DNA from: a virus
Lineage: Duplodnaviria; Caudoviricetes
Length of the DNA stretch: 64,000 nucleotides
Strand: one strand, 5' to 3'
Virus record (IMG/VR): IMGVR_UViG_3300020200_003236
Location: 1 to 64,000 of that record
In this document: one piece after another, positions 51,901 to 59,133 of the stretch
How the letters are laid out: every line of letters begins with the position of its first letter
How positions within the stretch are numbered: position 1 is the first letter of the stretch
Program-made: the position numbers and the translations under genes
Notes under the pieces: generated by a model
What the model saw: only the letters and a program-made list of their open reading frames with translations
The model's database searches: none
Told to the model about the DNA's origin: nothing

Positions 51901-54614
51901 CTCTCTTGCTTGATATTTGCAGATTTTAGTTTGTTTTCCCGCTTTTCTATCTTTATCTGCTTTTCTTGATGACGACGAATGCTCTTTTCTACAGCGGTCG
52001 GCTTTGCCTCGCCTTGTTTTGCTGCGGCGGCTGGGGCTGCTTTAGCAGCAGTGCTCGGCTTTGCCTCGCCTTGTTTTGCTGCGGCGGCTGGGGCTGCTTT
52101 AGCAGCAGTGCTCGGCTTTGCCTCGCCTTGTTTTGCTGCGGCGGCTGGGGCTGCTGTAGCAGCAGTGCTCGGAGAATTCTTCAAAGCACAAATACAATCT
52201 TTGATTGTTGCCAAAAGGCTGGCGATATTGCCCATTTGCTTGAGCAATCCGGTACCAATTTTATCTCTTTGTTTTTCAGCGACGTGGTCGTGGGTATATA
52301 AAGAACCTTTTGTTCTTGCCATCTCCGAGAGTCCTCGGAGGATATTGGCTTGTTCTTGTTCGTGTTTTGTTTCGCCGGTTATAAGTGTTCTTATTTCAGC
52401 CATAGTATGGTACAAAGTACCAATTAAGCCTACTACACCAATGATGCCTGCTGCGATCACCCCAGCAATAATTAACAATTGTCCAAAGCTAGAATTGAAT
52501 ATCGCACTAAATCCAGCGTTGGCCAAGTTTCTCAAAGTATCATTCATCTCTCTCAAACTTTGAGCAGCAGAGCTTAATGGATCAAGTTGAGCCTTGGCAG
52601 CGGTGCTCGCTTCTTGTTCGGCTTTTGTAATCTTCGCTGTTAATTCACGGAAAGCAGCAGGGTCTTTCAATGCTCTTTCGATTTCGCTGGAATCAATCTT
52701 GAGTTCTTGTTTTCCAGCAGCCTTTAATCCCTTGTTCACACTATCCATAGCACTCTGGATAGCCCCTCTTGCTACATCGGCTTCACTTGTCCAAGCTACG
52801 CCCAAAGCGTTCATGTCTTTTTCAAACTCGCCTCTTCTTGTGCTGAATTTGGCAAGTGCATCGCCCATATTCTTGGCACTCTTTGCCGCTTCATCCAAAG
52901 CAGTCAATGCGCCCATTGAAGCACTTAGTTTTAGCTTTCTTTGTTCTTCAAGAACTGCGGCTTTTTCTTCCAGTGTTAGATTTTGTTGAAGTTTCTTGTT
53001 TACATTCGCTAGTTTGTCGGCAAGAGTTTGGCTCGATTGCTCAAATGCCTCAATAGTACCCATTAACTCGCCAGCTTCTACATCAAATGCTGCTTTCAAT
53101 TGAATGTTAATTCTGGCTTTTGCTTGATCGGAGAGTTTTTCCCAATTAGCTCTAATTTCTTCGGCGCTATTGCCAGCAACACCAAATTGGTTGATGGTTC
53201 TCATGAACTCTTTGTTCATGCCCTTCATCGCCGCTTTGCTTTGTAGCAAAGTGCCGCTGAATAGCTTGCCATATACGCCAGCCTGATTAGCTGCCTTTGC
53301 AAGCAAAGCGAATGTGCTGGTATTGGCCGCCAACAACTTGTTGGTGCTAGTCATAGCACCCATCAACTTGTCGCCATCAATACCAACTTTCTTGAAGTTC
53401 GCAGATAGCTCAATGATGTTCTTGACTTGTGCAGCAGTTGCAGTTCCGGCGTTCTTTAGGTTGTCTATATATTGTTTGCTGCTTTCGACTACTTCTTTGA
53501 GTGCATCGCCCGTCATGCCGGTAAATCGGGCCACATCTCTCATGCCTCGACCCATATCACCGATTTGACCCTCATTGAACTTTAGGTGTCTTGTCCAATC
53601 TACGAAGGTATCGCCCAACTCACCAGCTTTAATGCCGAGTTGTTCTTCTGTGTTAAGTTGTGCAACGGTAATCGCATGGGCTTTCTTCAAATCCTTGATG
53701 CCCATTCGGAGAGTCTTTGTGTATCTGACAATAAAATCTTGTCTTGACTTGCCAGTTAGTTTTGCGGTTTTGTCTATATCCTCAAAAGTCCGCATTAATT
53801 GCACTTGGTCTTTTGTGGCACCGGCTATTTCATAAGAGATTTTTCTAGCTTCTTGTACGAACTCTCTTTCTTTGTCCAGAATACCTTCTGTCAAGCTGCT
53901 GAATACTCTTATTCCGAGTATCTGATCTTCTAATATACTGGTGAGGTTTCTTGCAGCCTTTTCTCTTTCCAACCAAGGTTTTAATGATTCACCAGTAGAA
54001 CCATCGGCGGGAACAGGTGTTGGTTCACCACCGGGAACAGGTGTTGGTCCACCGCCTCCGCCACCGCCGCCTCCGCCACCGCCTCCACTTGGAATTTTGA
54101 CAAGTCCTGTTTCTATTCTTTGCAGAACATCATTAATTTGTCGTAATACACCTTCGCAGGCTGTATCATGAACTGAAATAGAATTTTTTTCCAAACCTGC
54201 TCTGGCAAACTTGCCTAAATCTCTCCACACAGATGCTTTGGGAGCATCTTTGTCTTTGACTGGTTTTTTATCTTTGGCCTTTTTGCCATCTGGCTTTTTA
54301 TCTTTCTTATCTTTATTATCTTTATTATCTTTTTCCTCGCTTTTACTTTGTGCTATTTCTTTGAGAACATCGACCATTTGTTTTAAATAGTCTTTTTGTT
54401 CTTTCACAGAGTCTTGGAAGTCTTTAGTATATGTTTCAAATAGTTTGACTAACTTATCATTAGGCGCAGCATCGCCGCCTTTAGCAAAAGGCTTTGCATC
54501 ACCTACAGCTTTTGTAGCAGAGGTAGCTATTAAACCCTTGATTTCTTGCAAGGAAAGATTGGTAGTCTTTTGTCCTTCTACTAATCTTCCCAAATCATCG
54601 TATAATTGAGCCAT
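42972..54614 (-). CDS. Tape measure protein (3,880 aa)
   Basis: Very long Ala-rich helical ORF upstream of the tube initiator/baseplate genes; many hydrophobic segments; periodic aromatic-containing repeats. Confidence 0.88.
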   Translation of the reverse strand: MAQLYDDLGRLVEGQKTTNLSLQEIKGLIATSATKAVGDAKPFAKGGDAAPNDKLVKLFETYTKDFQDSVKEQKDYLKQMVDVLKEIAQSKSEEKDNKDNKDKKDKKPDGKKAKDKKPVKDKDAPKASVWRDLGKFARAGLEKNSISVHDTACEGVLRQINDVLQRIETGLVKIPSGGGGGGGGGGGGGPTPVPGGEPTPVPADGSTGESLKPWLEREKAARNLTSILEDQILGIRVFSSLTEGILDKEREFVQEARKISYEIAGATKDQVQLMRTFEDIDKTAKLTGKSRQDFIVRYTKTLRMGIKDLKKAHAITVAQLNTEEQLGIKAGELGDTFVDWTRHLKFNEGQIGDMGRGMRDVARFTGMTGDALKEVVESSKQYIDNLKNAGTATAAQVKNIIELSANFKKVGIDGDKLMGAMTSTNKLLAANTSTFALLAKAANQAGVYGKLFSGTLLQSKAAMKGMNKEFMRTINQFGVAGNSAEEIRANWEKLSDQAKARINIQLKAAFDVEAGELMGTIEAFEQSSQTLADKLANVNKKLQQNLTLEEKAAVLEEQRKLKLSASMGALTALDEAAKSAKNMGDALAKFSTRRGEFEKDMNALGVAWTSEADVARGAIQSAMDSVNKGLKAAGKQELKIDSSEIERALKDPAAFRELTAKITKAEQEASTAAKAQLDPLSSAAQSLREMNDTLRNLANAGFSAIFNSSFGQLLIIAGVIAAGIIGVVGLIGTLYHTMAEIRTLITGETKHEQEQANILRGLSEMARTKGSLYTHDHVAEKQRDKIGTGLLKQMGNIASLLATIKDCICALKNSPSTAATAAPAAAAKQGEAKPSTAAKAAPAAAAKQGEAKPSTAAKAAPAAAAKQGEAKPTAVEKSIRRHQEKQIKIEKRENKLKSANIKQESKNVKAEKALKSKELKKQASAPVGDVDPGVIDEMGGSFMENAAAIATLAVGVLALGAAIIFLGKKILDLLGLDEATVMQTAATVAAVAAAGGAIAFGAVQLYKELDTSESKEFASGVKENYKEMAKMAIAVALIGPALVLLGAAIIWMVNKITNAFGLDLSTVAETAVIVGAIAAAAGLIAYGVSEAVECLEKLKESPLLKGDLNDMLWTIGKGGLALLILAPAIVLLASAIIWMSSKILGAFGLDAGTAAMVALDVAAIIGAAGVIALGVIGASIPLYFLGAMMWDGGMSTLAMAGLMALGAVALLILTPAILLLAMAIIKMSSALMAAAGVDLAMGAETAMNTAGVIVAAGVIAGAVLVSGWALSLLGAAMTTGAFWLMAGLAALGAIAILAITPAIVALGVAILKMGEAITVAAGLDLSVAKKIAEDTAGVIVAAGVIAGAVLASGWALSLLGTAVITGAFWSMALMAAIGAVAILAITPAIIKLAMAIIDIAQGVMGKGMDPAVAAKVADDVADIIKSAGSIAASVIAAGAGLAALGYMLYTPLFWAGLGFMALGAIALTLLTPVMIGLASAIINMAKKSMTVTPEEGQKIADAVASVIDSAGRITDSILGQMGSLVKLGLLSILSWLIIPLMWAGLDALNSLSEPVIAYIGTVVDIAKKIGGKISPDQAIEMAKGVADILGACGQITEEIFKAKDRLLNMPVYGGFWSWLVGSKVADRMREGVIALSDLAGPVGTYIQTVVRIAKQMASSLNPKEATEMAKGVAAILGACGEVTEEIFKAKDKLLNMPVYGGFWAWLTGSKVAGRMREGVIALSDLAGPVGTYIQTVVRIARQMASSLNPKEATEMAKGVAAILGACGEVTEEIFKAKDKLLNVPVYGGFWAWLTGSKVADRMREGVIALSDLAGPVGTYIQTVVRIARQMAASLSPKEATEMAKGVAAILGACGEVTEEIFKAKDKLLNVPVYGGFWAWLTGSKVADRMREGVIALSDLAGPVGTYIQTVVRIAKQMGGSLNPKQATEMAKGVAAIIGACGEVTDEIMKASDKIMSISYSKGFWLVALSTVGAMNRGIDTLDTMKQPMTRYIATVVGIAKDLGAKLDPKQSIEMAKGVAAILAACGEVTDEIMKASDKIILISYSKGFWWLASSTVDAMNRGTDTLDTMKQPMTRYVGTVVSIAKDLGAKLNPKQTVSMARGVAAILSACGEVTDQIMKASDKIMSISYSKGFWIVALSTVDAMNQGTDTLDTMKQPMTRYVGTVVDFAKSLQAQVDLKAAKNMVNLLYMISMIVSLTAKVLNDLGTKITPLTQGSFFASSPIEQMEEARRKMAVFFPKMIMFISTIVNQVKNAFGNIKELKNAAKSLKMMAVILQAALPAIQIMVEKIAPLTQGGVFTASPIEKIKEAIPQFNGFFTSVGNFVKSIIDGIQNFKDAKELKNAAKTMLGMALMLRATSIALLSLTAIMGLMDGGFFTASPVEKIRSNKDVFATWFQETVNFVKTGILAQISGLSDVKSLQNAALIMKSLAIVLCSTRVAIQSLSSVMAVMDGGFFTDSPAKKIEKNKGEFTTWFAATAKFVNDGIVNAVIKEFGDPKQIIAAAMIMRAMAIVARSTVPVIKNLADAMALMDGGFFSDSPVEKIIKNKEDFRKYFEQIGKFMHTGIVNPVIAEFGDPNQIVAAARIVSAMAVIAKGIVPMIKNLAAVMALMDGGLLSDSPIDKIIENRKEFAKWFRQIARFMLYGIVVPILTILPDAKEIQTAARIISAMAVIVKAIPRVIKSLAYELIPLMDSGDSLSDTPADKLAGNTVLFRRWFTGIARFMLNGIVVPILTQLPEPKTIMLAGRILSAMYVIVRSLPRIIGGLAKLLVPLNPNDCMGDAPIAVLAAGVEQFKAWFRSITSFLREGIIIPIIESLPSNEEIQSAETNLAATIAILKQVPPFLSELAPAVNDVLWTIIDNPLLEIKTAIISDYFNGIADSLMNGIINPIKLFPSLEELTEIVGQLDGMTETVKQVPPFLSGLAPAVNDVFWTIIDNPFLGVKTAIISNYFKGIADSLVNGIIDPIKLFPSSEELTEVVGQLDGMAETVKKVALLLNNVSTELGPLVTGWWWNSVIFLGVKTAIFSRYFKGIAASLVNGIINPIKQFFPSSEELTEVVGQLDGMAETVKKVALLLNNVSTELGPLVTGWWWFSPIAKIDTAIISDYFKGITDSLVNGIINPIKLFPSSEELTEVVGQLYDMTETVGQVPPFLSELAPAVNDVFWTIIDNPLLEVKTAIISDYFKGITDSLVNGIINPIKLFPSSEELTEVVGQLDGVAKTVKQVPPFLSGLAPAVNDVFWIIISNPFLGVDTAIISSYFKGIADSLVNGIINPIKLFPSSEELTEVVRQLDGMTETVKKVALLLNNVSTELGPLVTGWWWNSVIFLGVKTAIFSRYFKGIAASLVNGIINPIKQFFPSSEELTEVVGQLDGMAETVKKVALLLNNVSTELGPLVTGWWWFSPIAKIGRQTDNFADYFSGIASALNTGILEPIKKHLPPSSEIQEAAARISALAEVMSGLKDALQMLSEVMQDIRGMRIDVELLKTLPLAELAALEMNNKMTEAGGGAAAGGKSVNAGSPTEQVQDDKVARKEQEAATSLSKDMDQFMITAITPGNGLYVTDLMLIDTIKKLFKQETPTEVVAKVEQPKTDISTDPTAAVAGTIPANVANPTVTPRVGVSTDPTAAVAGTIPANVANPTVTPRVGGDPLSEARRQALQPAMTRDQIQPAMTRDQIQPAMSTVQRGQQTLQQAQSQPNRGDRIRQALQSRPTTNEYLERGGRNASRREAERSAERDSIRSAEQRIEQEHQRSNPTVRAEQPATATNPQVAVHPPTADVHQQVRQNAASSEPAASQISSPELSELAQAASTENDLQEQMVSLLEQILKIFKGGESSKAGSSEANVGDTAANKVGQKPTNYYRWAAGKHFQSSGKQILNIGSQIV
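44400..46110 (-). repeat. TMP 78-86-aa repeats with a 924-bp higher-order duplication
   Basis: Near-identical sequence at offset 924 (e.g. shadow ORFs 44751 and 45675; motif at 44415 and 45339). Confidence 0.88.
48090..49895 (-). repeat. TMP internal repeats: 4 x 87 aa (261 bp), then 3 x 85 aa (255 bp)
   Basis: EMAKGVAAILGACGEVT.. units; shadow ORFs recur at 48964/49225/49486 (+261) and 48247/48502 (+255). Confidence 0.92.
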
Positions 54615-54627
54615 TTACACCTATTAG

Positions 54628-54635
54628 ATTTATAT
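54628..54635 (-). promoter_or_regulatory. Putative late-promoter-like (T)ATATAAAT motif upstream of the TMP
   Basis: Same or similar motif upstream of other minus-strand starts (31044-31052, 19052-19060, 17593-17600); resembles T4 TATAAATA. Confidence 0.45.
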
Positions 54636-54677
54636 CACATTGATAACAGAGAGTACCTTATTGTTATTTACACCAAT

Positions 54678-55226
54678 TCAGATTAATCCTTGCAAATTTC
54701 CGGTATTAACACCAGTTGGTTGCTCTGGGGTTGCAGCGGCAGCAGGATTAGTTAAGCGTTGGATTTGTTCACGAACAGAACGGCGAATTGCGTCCACTTC
54801 TGACGGGTTCAAGGATCGAACCGAGGCGAGAATATTTAACAGGAAGGCACAATCTAGTTTTCTAATTTGCCTTATGCCACGTCTTTTGTATTGGCGGAAG
54901 GCTGAAACTATATATTCATCTCCCTTAATGTTAGAGTAAGAAAAGCCGAGATTGTTGCAGTTTGGCTGCAACAATCTTTTAATATCTGGGAATGTCAGAT
55001 AATGTAAATTTACTCCACGAATATAATTCTGCCAAATGTCGGTTATCAACACCAACGGATAGGGGTCGTGTCCCGGTTTGTGAAACGTGTAATTGAAACT
55101 CACTAGACTGCCCTTTGTGATTGTTTGAGTCATGTGGCTGTAAATCGGGCCGTACTGGTTTGCCGGAAGTCGTGGTCCGTAAGGAGTTTGTCCAAATTGT
55201 GCTGGCGTGAAAAGATTCTCGTTCAT
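54678..55226 (-). CDS. Hypothetical protein upstream of the TMP
   Basis: ORF 54678..55328; likely start MNENLF at 55226. Confidence 0.7.
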   Translation of the reverse strand: MNENLFTPAQFGQTPYGPRLPANQYGPIYSHMTQTITKGSLVSFNYTFHKPGHDPYPLVLITDIWQNYIRGVNLHYLTFPDIKRLLQPNCNNLGFSYSNIKGDEYIVSAFRQYKRRGIRQIRKLDCAFLLNILASVRSLNPSEVDAIRRSVREQIQRLTNPAAAATPEQPTGVNTGNLQGLI

Positions 55227-55326
55227 GGAGTTATTTAGATTTACAAGGGGTAAAATGTGGGGTAGAATAGGAGTGCCCTGACGACTTCCGAATCTATGCG
55301 AAAAGGGATTACGAAAGGAAAAAGCC

Positions 55327-55641
55327 ATGTGGGTCTATTGTCCAGATTGCAACAGTTCGGTAAGCACCGGCACTCACAGTCGTTACGGAGTTTTTTCTTG
55401 CACTTGTGGAAGAAAATTCCGTGGTATCTGGGCCGAGGTGAATGAAATCCATCGTTGGCTCGTGGGATTTTGGATTCCTCCCAACGATCCCAGCATTTGG
55501 CCAGAGAATCGTGGTAAGACTCCATGCCCATATTGTGGACAGTGGGTAAGTGGAAGAATTACGGGCTACTGGCCGGTAGTTTGTCCGCACTGCACAAGAG
55601 ATTTACCCACGGATAATGTCAATGAAACTGTGGCTGGATGA
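55327..55641 (+). CDS. Multi zinc-ribbon protein
   Basis: CPDC, CTC, CPYC, CPHC pairs in 104 aa. Confidence 0.75.
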   Translation: MWVYCPDCNSSVSTGTHSRYGVFSCTCGRKFRGIWAEVNEIHRWLVGFWIPPNDPSIWPENRGKTPCPYCGQWVSGRITGYWPVVCPHCTRDLPTDNVNETVAG

Positions 55642-55789
55642 CGAGCGTCATGGCAAAGAAAGAACAGTTAAGACCCTGCCTTCTCTGGTTGCTGAGGCAT
55701 TAGTGTGTCGGCTACGGAATGCAAATTCCACAAGTGGCACAGACAATAATTTTGATTACAAACCAAAGTATCAAGCCGATTGTGCCTAA
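55622..55789 (+). pseudogene. 55-aa ORF beginning like the cyclic-phosphate-processing receiver (cREC) family, then diverging
   Basis: Hand translation MKLWLDDERHGKERTVKTLPSLVAEAL...; family-typical MKLWLDDER start, but no SLDHDLG motif. Confidence 0.4.
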
Positions 55790-55842
55790 ACCGGCTAGTT
55801 TGTACTTGAATTTGTTTAGACATTCTACAAATTTCTGCATAA

Positions 55843-56037
55843 TTAGTCCCTTTCTTTAAGGATTACATAGAATGCATGAATGAGTCCGGGGAAATAACCA
55901 AAGAACGTTAACAAGATGTTGAGCCAAAAGTGCATCCCTAAACCGACTTGCAAAGCTACTCCCAACGGTGGGATAAAGAAAGCGACGATCATGCGAATAA
56001 TGTCATTGCCGCTAACCGGCATATTTTCATTTTCCAT
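55843..56037 (-). CDS. Pmp3/YqaE (UPF0057) membrane peptide
   Basis: IVAFFIPPLGVALQVG...FWLNILLTFFGYFPGLIHAFYVI; AAGGAGG SD. Confidence 0.92.
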   Translation of the reverse strand: MENENMPVSGNDIIRMIVAFFIPPLGVALQVGLGMHFWLNILLTFFGYFPGLIHAFYVILKERD

Positions 56038-56046
56038 GAAGCCTCC

Positions 56047-56154
56047 TTACTTGCCGAGAATCTTATCCATGAAATCTTTGATAAACTGTGGTTGAGATAG
56101 GAAATTCCATCCTACAAGCAAACCAGCACCGAAAGCTACTGCATACCAAATCAT
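56047..56154 (-). CDS. 35-aa membrane peptide (not in the ORF track)
   Basis: MIWYAVAFGAGLLVGWNFLSQPQFIKDFMDKILGK*, with a perfect AAGGAGG SD. Confidence 0.75.
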   Translation of the reverse strand: MIWYAVAFGAGLLVGWNFLSQPQFIKDFMDKILGK

Positions 56155-56236
56155 ATGAACCTCCTTGAGATTACACAGTATTTATTCGCTTCGCTCCATA
56201 TTTTTCAACTACATCCACGTCTTGACCCGTTCATAT

Positions 56237-56719
56237 TCACATCTTGTTTAGTACGAGACTCGAATAGTCAGAACCACCAGTTCTAAGAATGTAGTTGTTT
56301 CCAGGCATTTGCAAACTATTACCTAATTCTTGCTCGGCCTCAGCAGTCTTCTTGAAGAACTTCTTGAGTTCCTTGGCAGTGCTTTCCATGACTTTTCTTG
56401 CAGCCTGATCTTCATTGATGTTGTCGCTCATAAAATCGCTAAACATATCTTCTAGGTTCAACGAATAAGCTGTGCCATAAGGATGTGTGTCTGATTCTTT
56501 TTGTACTCGGTAAGCCAAAGTATTCCCAATCTCGTAGATTCTTATGCCTTCAAAACTTAGGTCTTCTGTGGCTTTCACGAAGATGTACGGTTCTTCCTCT
56601 TCCAGAAAGGACTTAACTTCCATCCCGTTATTTTTTAGCATTTTCTCAACCAGCTTTAGATGCCGTATGGCTTCTCTCTGGCGTCTGTCAATAAATTCTA
56701 AAAACTGTTTCATTAGCAA
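56237..56719 (-). CDS. Hypothetical protein
   Basis: 160-aa ORF coupled to the upstream gene. Confidence 0.75.
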   Translation of the reverse strand: MLMKQFLEFIDRRQREAIRHLKLVEKMLKNNGMEVKSFLEEEEPYIFVKATEDLSFEGIRIYEIGNTLAYRVQKESDTHPYGTAYSLNLEDMFSDFMSDNINEDQAARKVMESTAKELKKFFKKTAEAEQELGNSLQMPGNNYILRTGGSDYSSLVLNKM

Positions 56720-58029
56720 GACCTTGTTAGAATTTCTGGGGCATTAGGTACGCAACGCTGCAATATACGAAGATCACTCGGATTTCCAGTATAAGGAGTT
56801 TCCTTCCATACAATTCCTTGGAAGGACGTTGCCGCTTCTTTCAAGATGTTCTGTTGGGCCGTTAAGAATAGAATTCCGTCGATTTTTTCCAAAAAATCGT
56901 GTTCCTCTTTCTGCGGCTTGCCATCTTCATCTACTTCGCCGGTTTCTTTCACAAATTTAATTTTCAAATCAACAAAGGGAATAATTGCCCCATCGTCATC
57001 AATCATGGCTTCGGAATTTTCCGATTGCATAGTGCGAACAACCAACTTGCCATCGGTATACGCAGCACGCAAAGAAGTCGTTAAGTCCCAACCCAAGGCG
57101 TAAATTGTTCCATCTTTGTCAGTGACGTTAATTACAAAAGCTCTCTTGCGGAAAGTTTCAGCAACGCTTTCCATTACAATTCTTCTGCGAAGCACTTCTT
57201 TCTCTTCCGGGGAGCCTTCGTCCAGTCTTCTCTGTTCTGGTTCAGTCAAATATCTTTCCGGGTCATCCTCTTTGAGACTCCACTTGCCAAGTTCGGTGCG
57301 ACCCCACTTGTCATTAAAACGAGTGGAGATTCGGATGGAGAAATCTTTTTCGTTATAGATAACATCTTCGTTGTTGGCACCACTGCCTACCTGCACGCCG
57401 CCAATAAGTGACGCAAGGAATTTACGGTGCAAATCGCCCTTCATGCCCAACAAGCCCTTCAGCTTGATAAAGATGTTGTTGAGTTCTGGCATATTTTGCA
57501 TTACACTGGTGACGTGATTCACCAAAGATACAGCCGGGCTATTCTGATCAAGCTCGTCCCGAACTAGCTTGCGAACTTCTTTACAAGCCTTATCAATGTT
57601 TGCGTATTGTCTCAAAAACAGAATTTGAAGGTTGTCTTCTACGAACTTTCTAGGATAAGAATCCAAATCCAAGTCTCGTACCTGACCAATCATGTCAATT
57701 AGTTTTTGAACATCCCCTTTAACCGATTCTTTGAAGAACGAGTCTTTCCATCTTTCAAAATCCTGCTCGTCCATTTCTTCGGGCATATCAGGAGCTTGCG
57801 GATCACCAGAAATATCTGGCATATTTGGGTCTTTTTCTTCTGCTTCGCCACCCATTTCTTGTGGAGGCTGATTGGCTACGTTTGGATCACCGCCCGGTGG
57901 AGCAACAGGAGTGGGAGCAGGGGCACCACCCGGAACTTCGGGCATTCCCGGCCCAGCCATTGGTGGTTGACCACTTGGCATCATTCCATCGGCTTCAACT
58001 AGCCATTCTTCGATTGCGTAATCTTTCAT
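56713..58029 (-). CDS. Hypothetical protein with Pro-rich disordered N-terminus
   Basis: 438-aa ORF. Confidence 0.8.
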   Translation of the reverse strand: MKDYAIEEWLVEADGMMPSGQPPMAGPGMPEVPGGAPAPTPVAPPGGDPNVANQPPQEMGGEAEEKDPNMPDISGDPQAPDMPEEMDEQDFERWKDSFFKESVKGDVQKLIDMIGQVRDLDLDSYPRKFVEDNLQILFLRQYANIDKACKEVRKLVRDELDQNSPAVSLVNHVTSVMQNMPELNNIFIKLKGLLGMKGDLHRKFLASLIGGVQVGSGANNEDVIYNEKDFSIRISTRFNDKWGRTELGKWSLKEDDPERYLTEPEQRRLDEGSPEEKEVLRRRIVMESVAETFRKRAFVINVTDKDGTIYALGWDLTTSLRAAYTDGKLVVRTMQSENSEAMIDDDGAIIPFVDLKIKFVKETGEVDEDGKPQKEEHDFLEKIDGILFLTAQQNILKEAATSFQGIVWKETPYTGNPSDLRILQRCVPNAPEILTRSC

Positions 58030-58544
58030 TGTTGCCCCTTTTTCTTAGCTTTATTGACTGCCTCTATTAATGATCTTCGAGTCGAACTTTGACCACCAAT
58101 ATTTATGGTATTATTTTGAGATGCTGCCAAATATTTTGGAAATGTATCTCTTTCTTTCAGTTTTATTCTGGTTTTCAAGTCAAGTATTTTTGCTGCTTTG
58201 TCTGCCAAGTCACTTTTCATTTTCACAAAATTGACGAGAGCTTCTTTGCTGGCCGATGTTGCGTCACCTTCGTTTATGACCATATCCGCCATGTTATCGA
58301 TGAATTCATTGATTTGGCTACGATCTTCACGCAACCAACCGATTACTTCATCAAAACCGTCTAAAAGTTCTTGATCACCAATCAAGTTAGAAACATCGTC
58401 ACTTGTCGGAGGTAGAAGTCCTACATTCATCTTTGGGAGCAACTCATTGAATTCATCATCAGATGGAATAATTTCAGCGACTTGCTCTGTGTTTTCTTCC
58501 ATATTTAAAGTTTTTTCTTGCTCTTCTATTTTCTCTTTACCCAT
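58026..58544 (-). CDS. Hypothetical helical protein
   Basis: ORF 58026..58598; likely start MGKEK at 58544. Confidence 0.75.
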   Translation of the reverse strand: MGKEKIEEQEKTLNMEENTEQVAEIIPSDDEFNELLPKMNVGLLPPTSDDVSNLIGDQELLDGFDEVIGWLREDRSQINEFIDNMADMVINEGDATSASKEALVNFVKMKSDLADKAAKILDLKTRIKLKERDTFPKYLAASQNNTINIGGQSSTRRSLIEAVNKAKKKGQQ

Positions 58545-58634
58545 AATGTAATATATAGACTTAGAAATCACAGAAAATGATAACTGTGTGAAATACATTA
58601 ACCATTAAAAATAACACCACAGAAGTAAGGAAAC

Positions 58635-59108
58635 ATGGCTAAAACTGAAACAGATGTTTTATTAGAGCACTACAACAGCGTAAATGAATCCATTAAGTCA
58701 GTATTCGACCTGACATCTCGTATTGATGAACGGGTTAAAATGTTGGTGGAACGCCAAGGGGACTTAGAACAACAACTTGATAAGGCAATTGAGAATCAAC
58801 AACAAATTCTCAATCGAGTTACTGTTTTAGAATCTAAAGATGCTACTTCCGTTGTTGCGTCTAATAAAATTGATATTCATGACATTAAACAAAAAATTGC
58901 TATCATGGAAAACTCTAGCTCTAAAGAAGATATAGAAGATATAAAACAAAAAATTCACCTCTTGGACTTGAGGGTTGAATCCATAAATATGAGAACTTCC
59001 AACCAAGAAGGCCGTTGGGCAAGACTCTTCGACTTAATTTTTAAGTTAACCATTATGCTAATAGGTGGTTATCTTTTATTCAGATTTGGTTGGCAGACAT
59101 TGCCATAA
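58635..59108 (+). CDS. Coiled-coil protein with C-terminal TM anchor
   Basis: Heptad-rich body; LIFKLTIMLIGGYLLFRFGW tail; AAGGA SD. Confidence 0.75.
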   Translation: MAKTETDVLLEHYNSVNESIKSVFDLTSRIDERVKMLVERQGDLEQQLDKAIENQQQILNRVTVLESKDATSVVASNKIDIHDIKQKIAIMENSSSKEDIEDIKQKIHLLDLRVESINMRTSNQEGRWARLFDLIFKLTIMLIGGYLLFRFGWQTLP

Positions 59109-59133
59109 AAAATCGGTTAAAGCCTAAATAATA

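Noticed and set aside
43206-54171. Many plus-strand ORFs antisense to the tape measure gene
   Set aside because: Antisense shadows of an Ala-rich repetitive gene; used only to measure repeat periods
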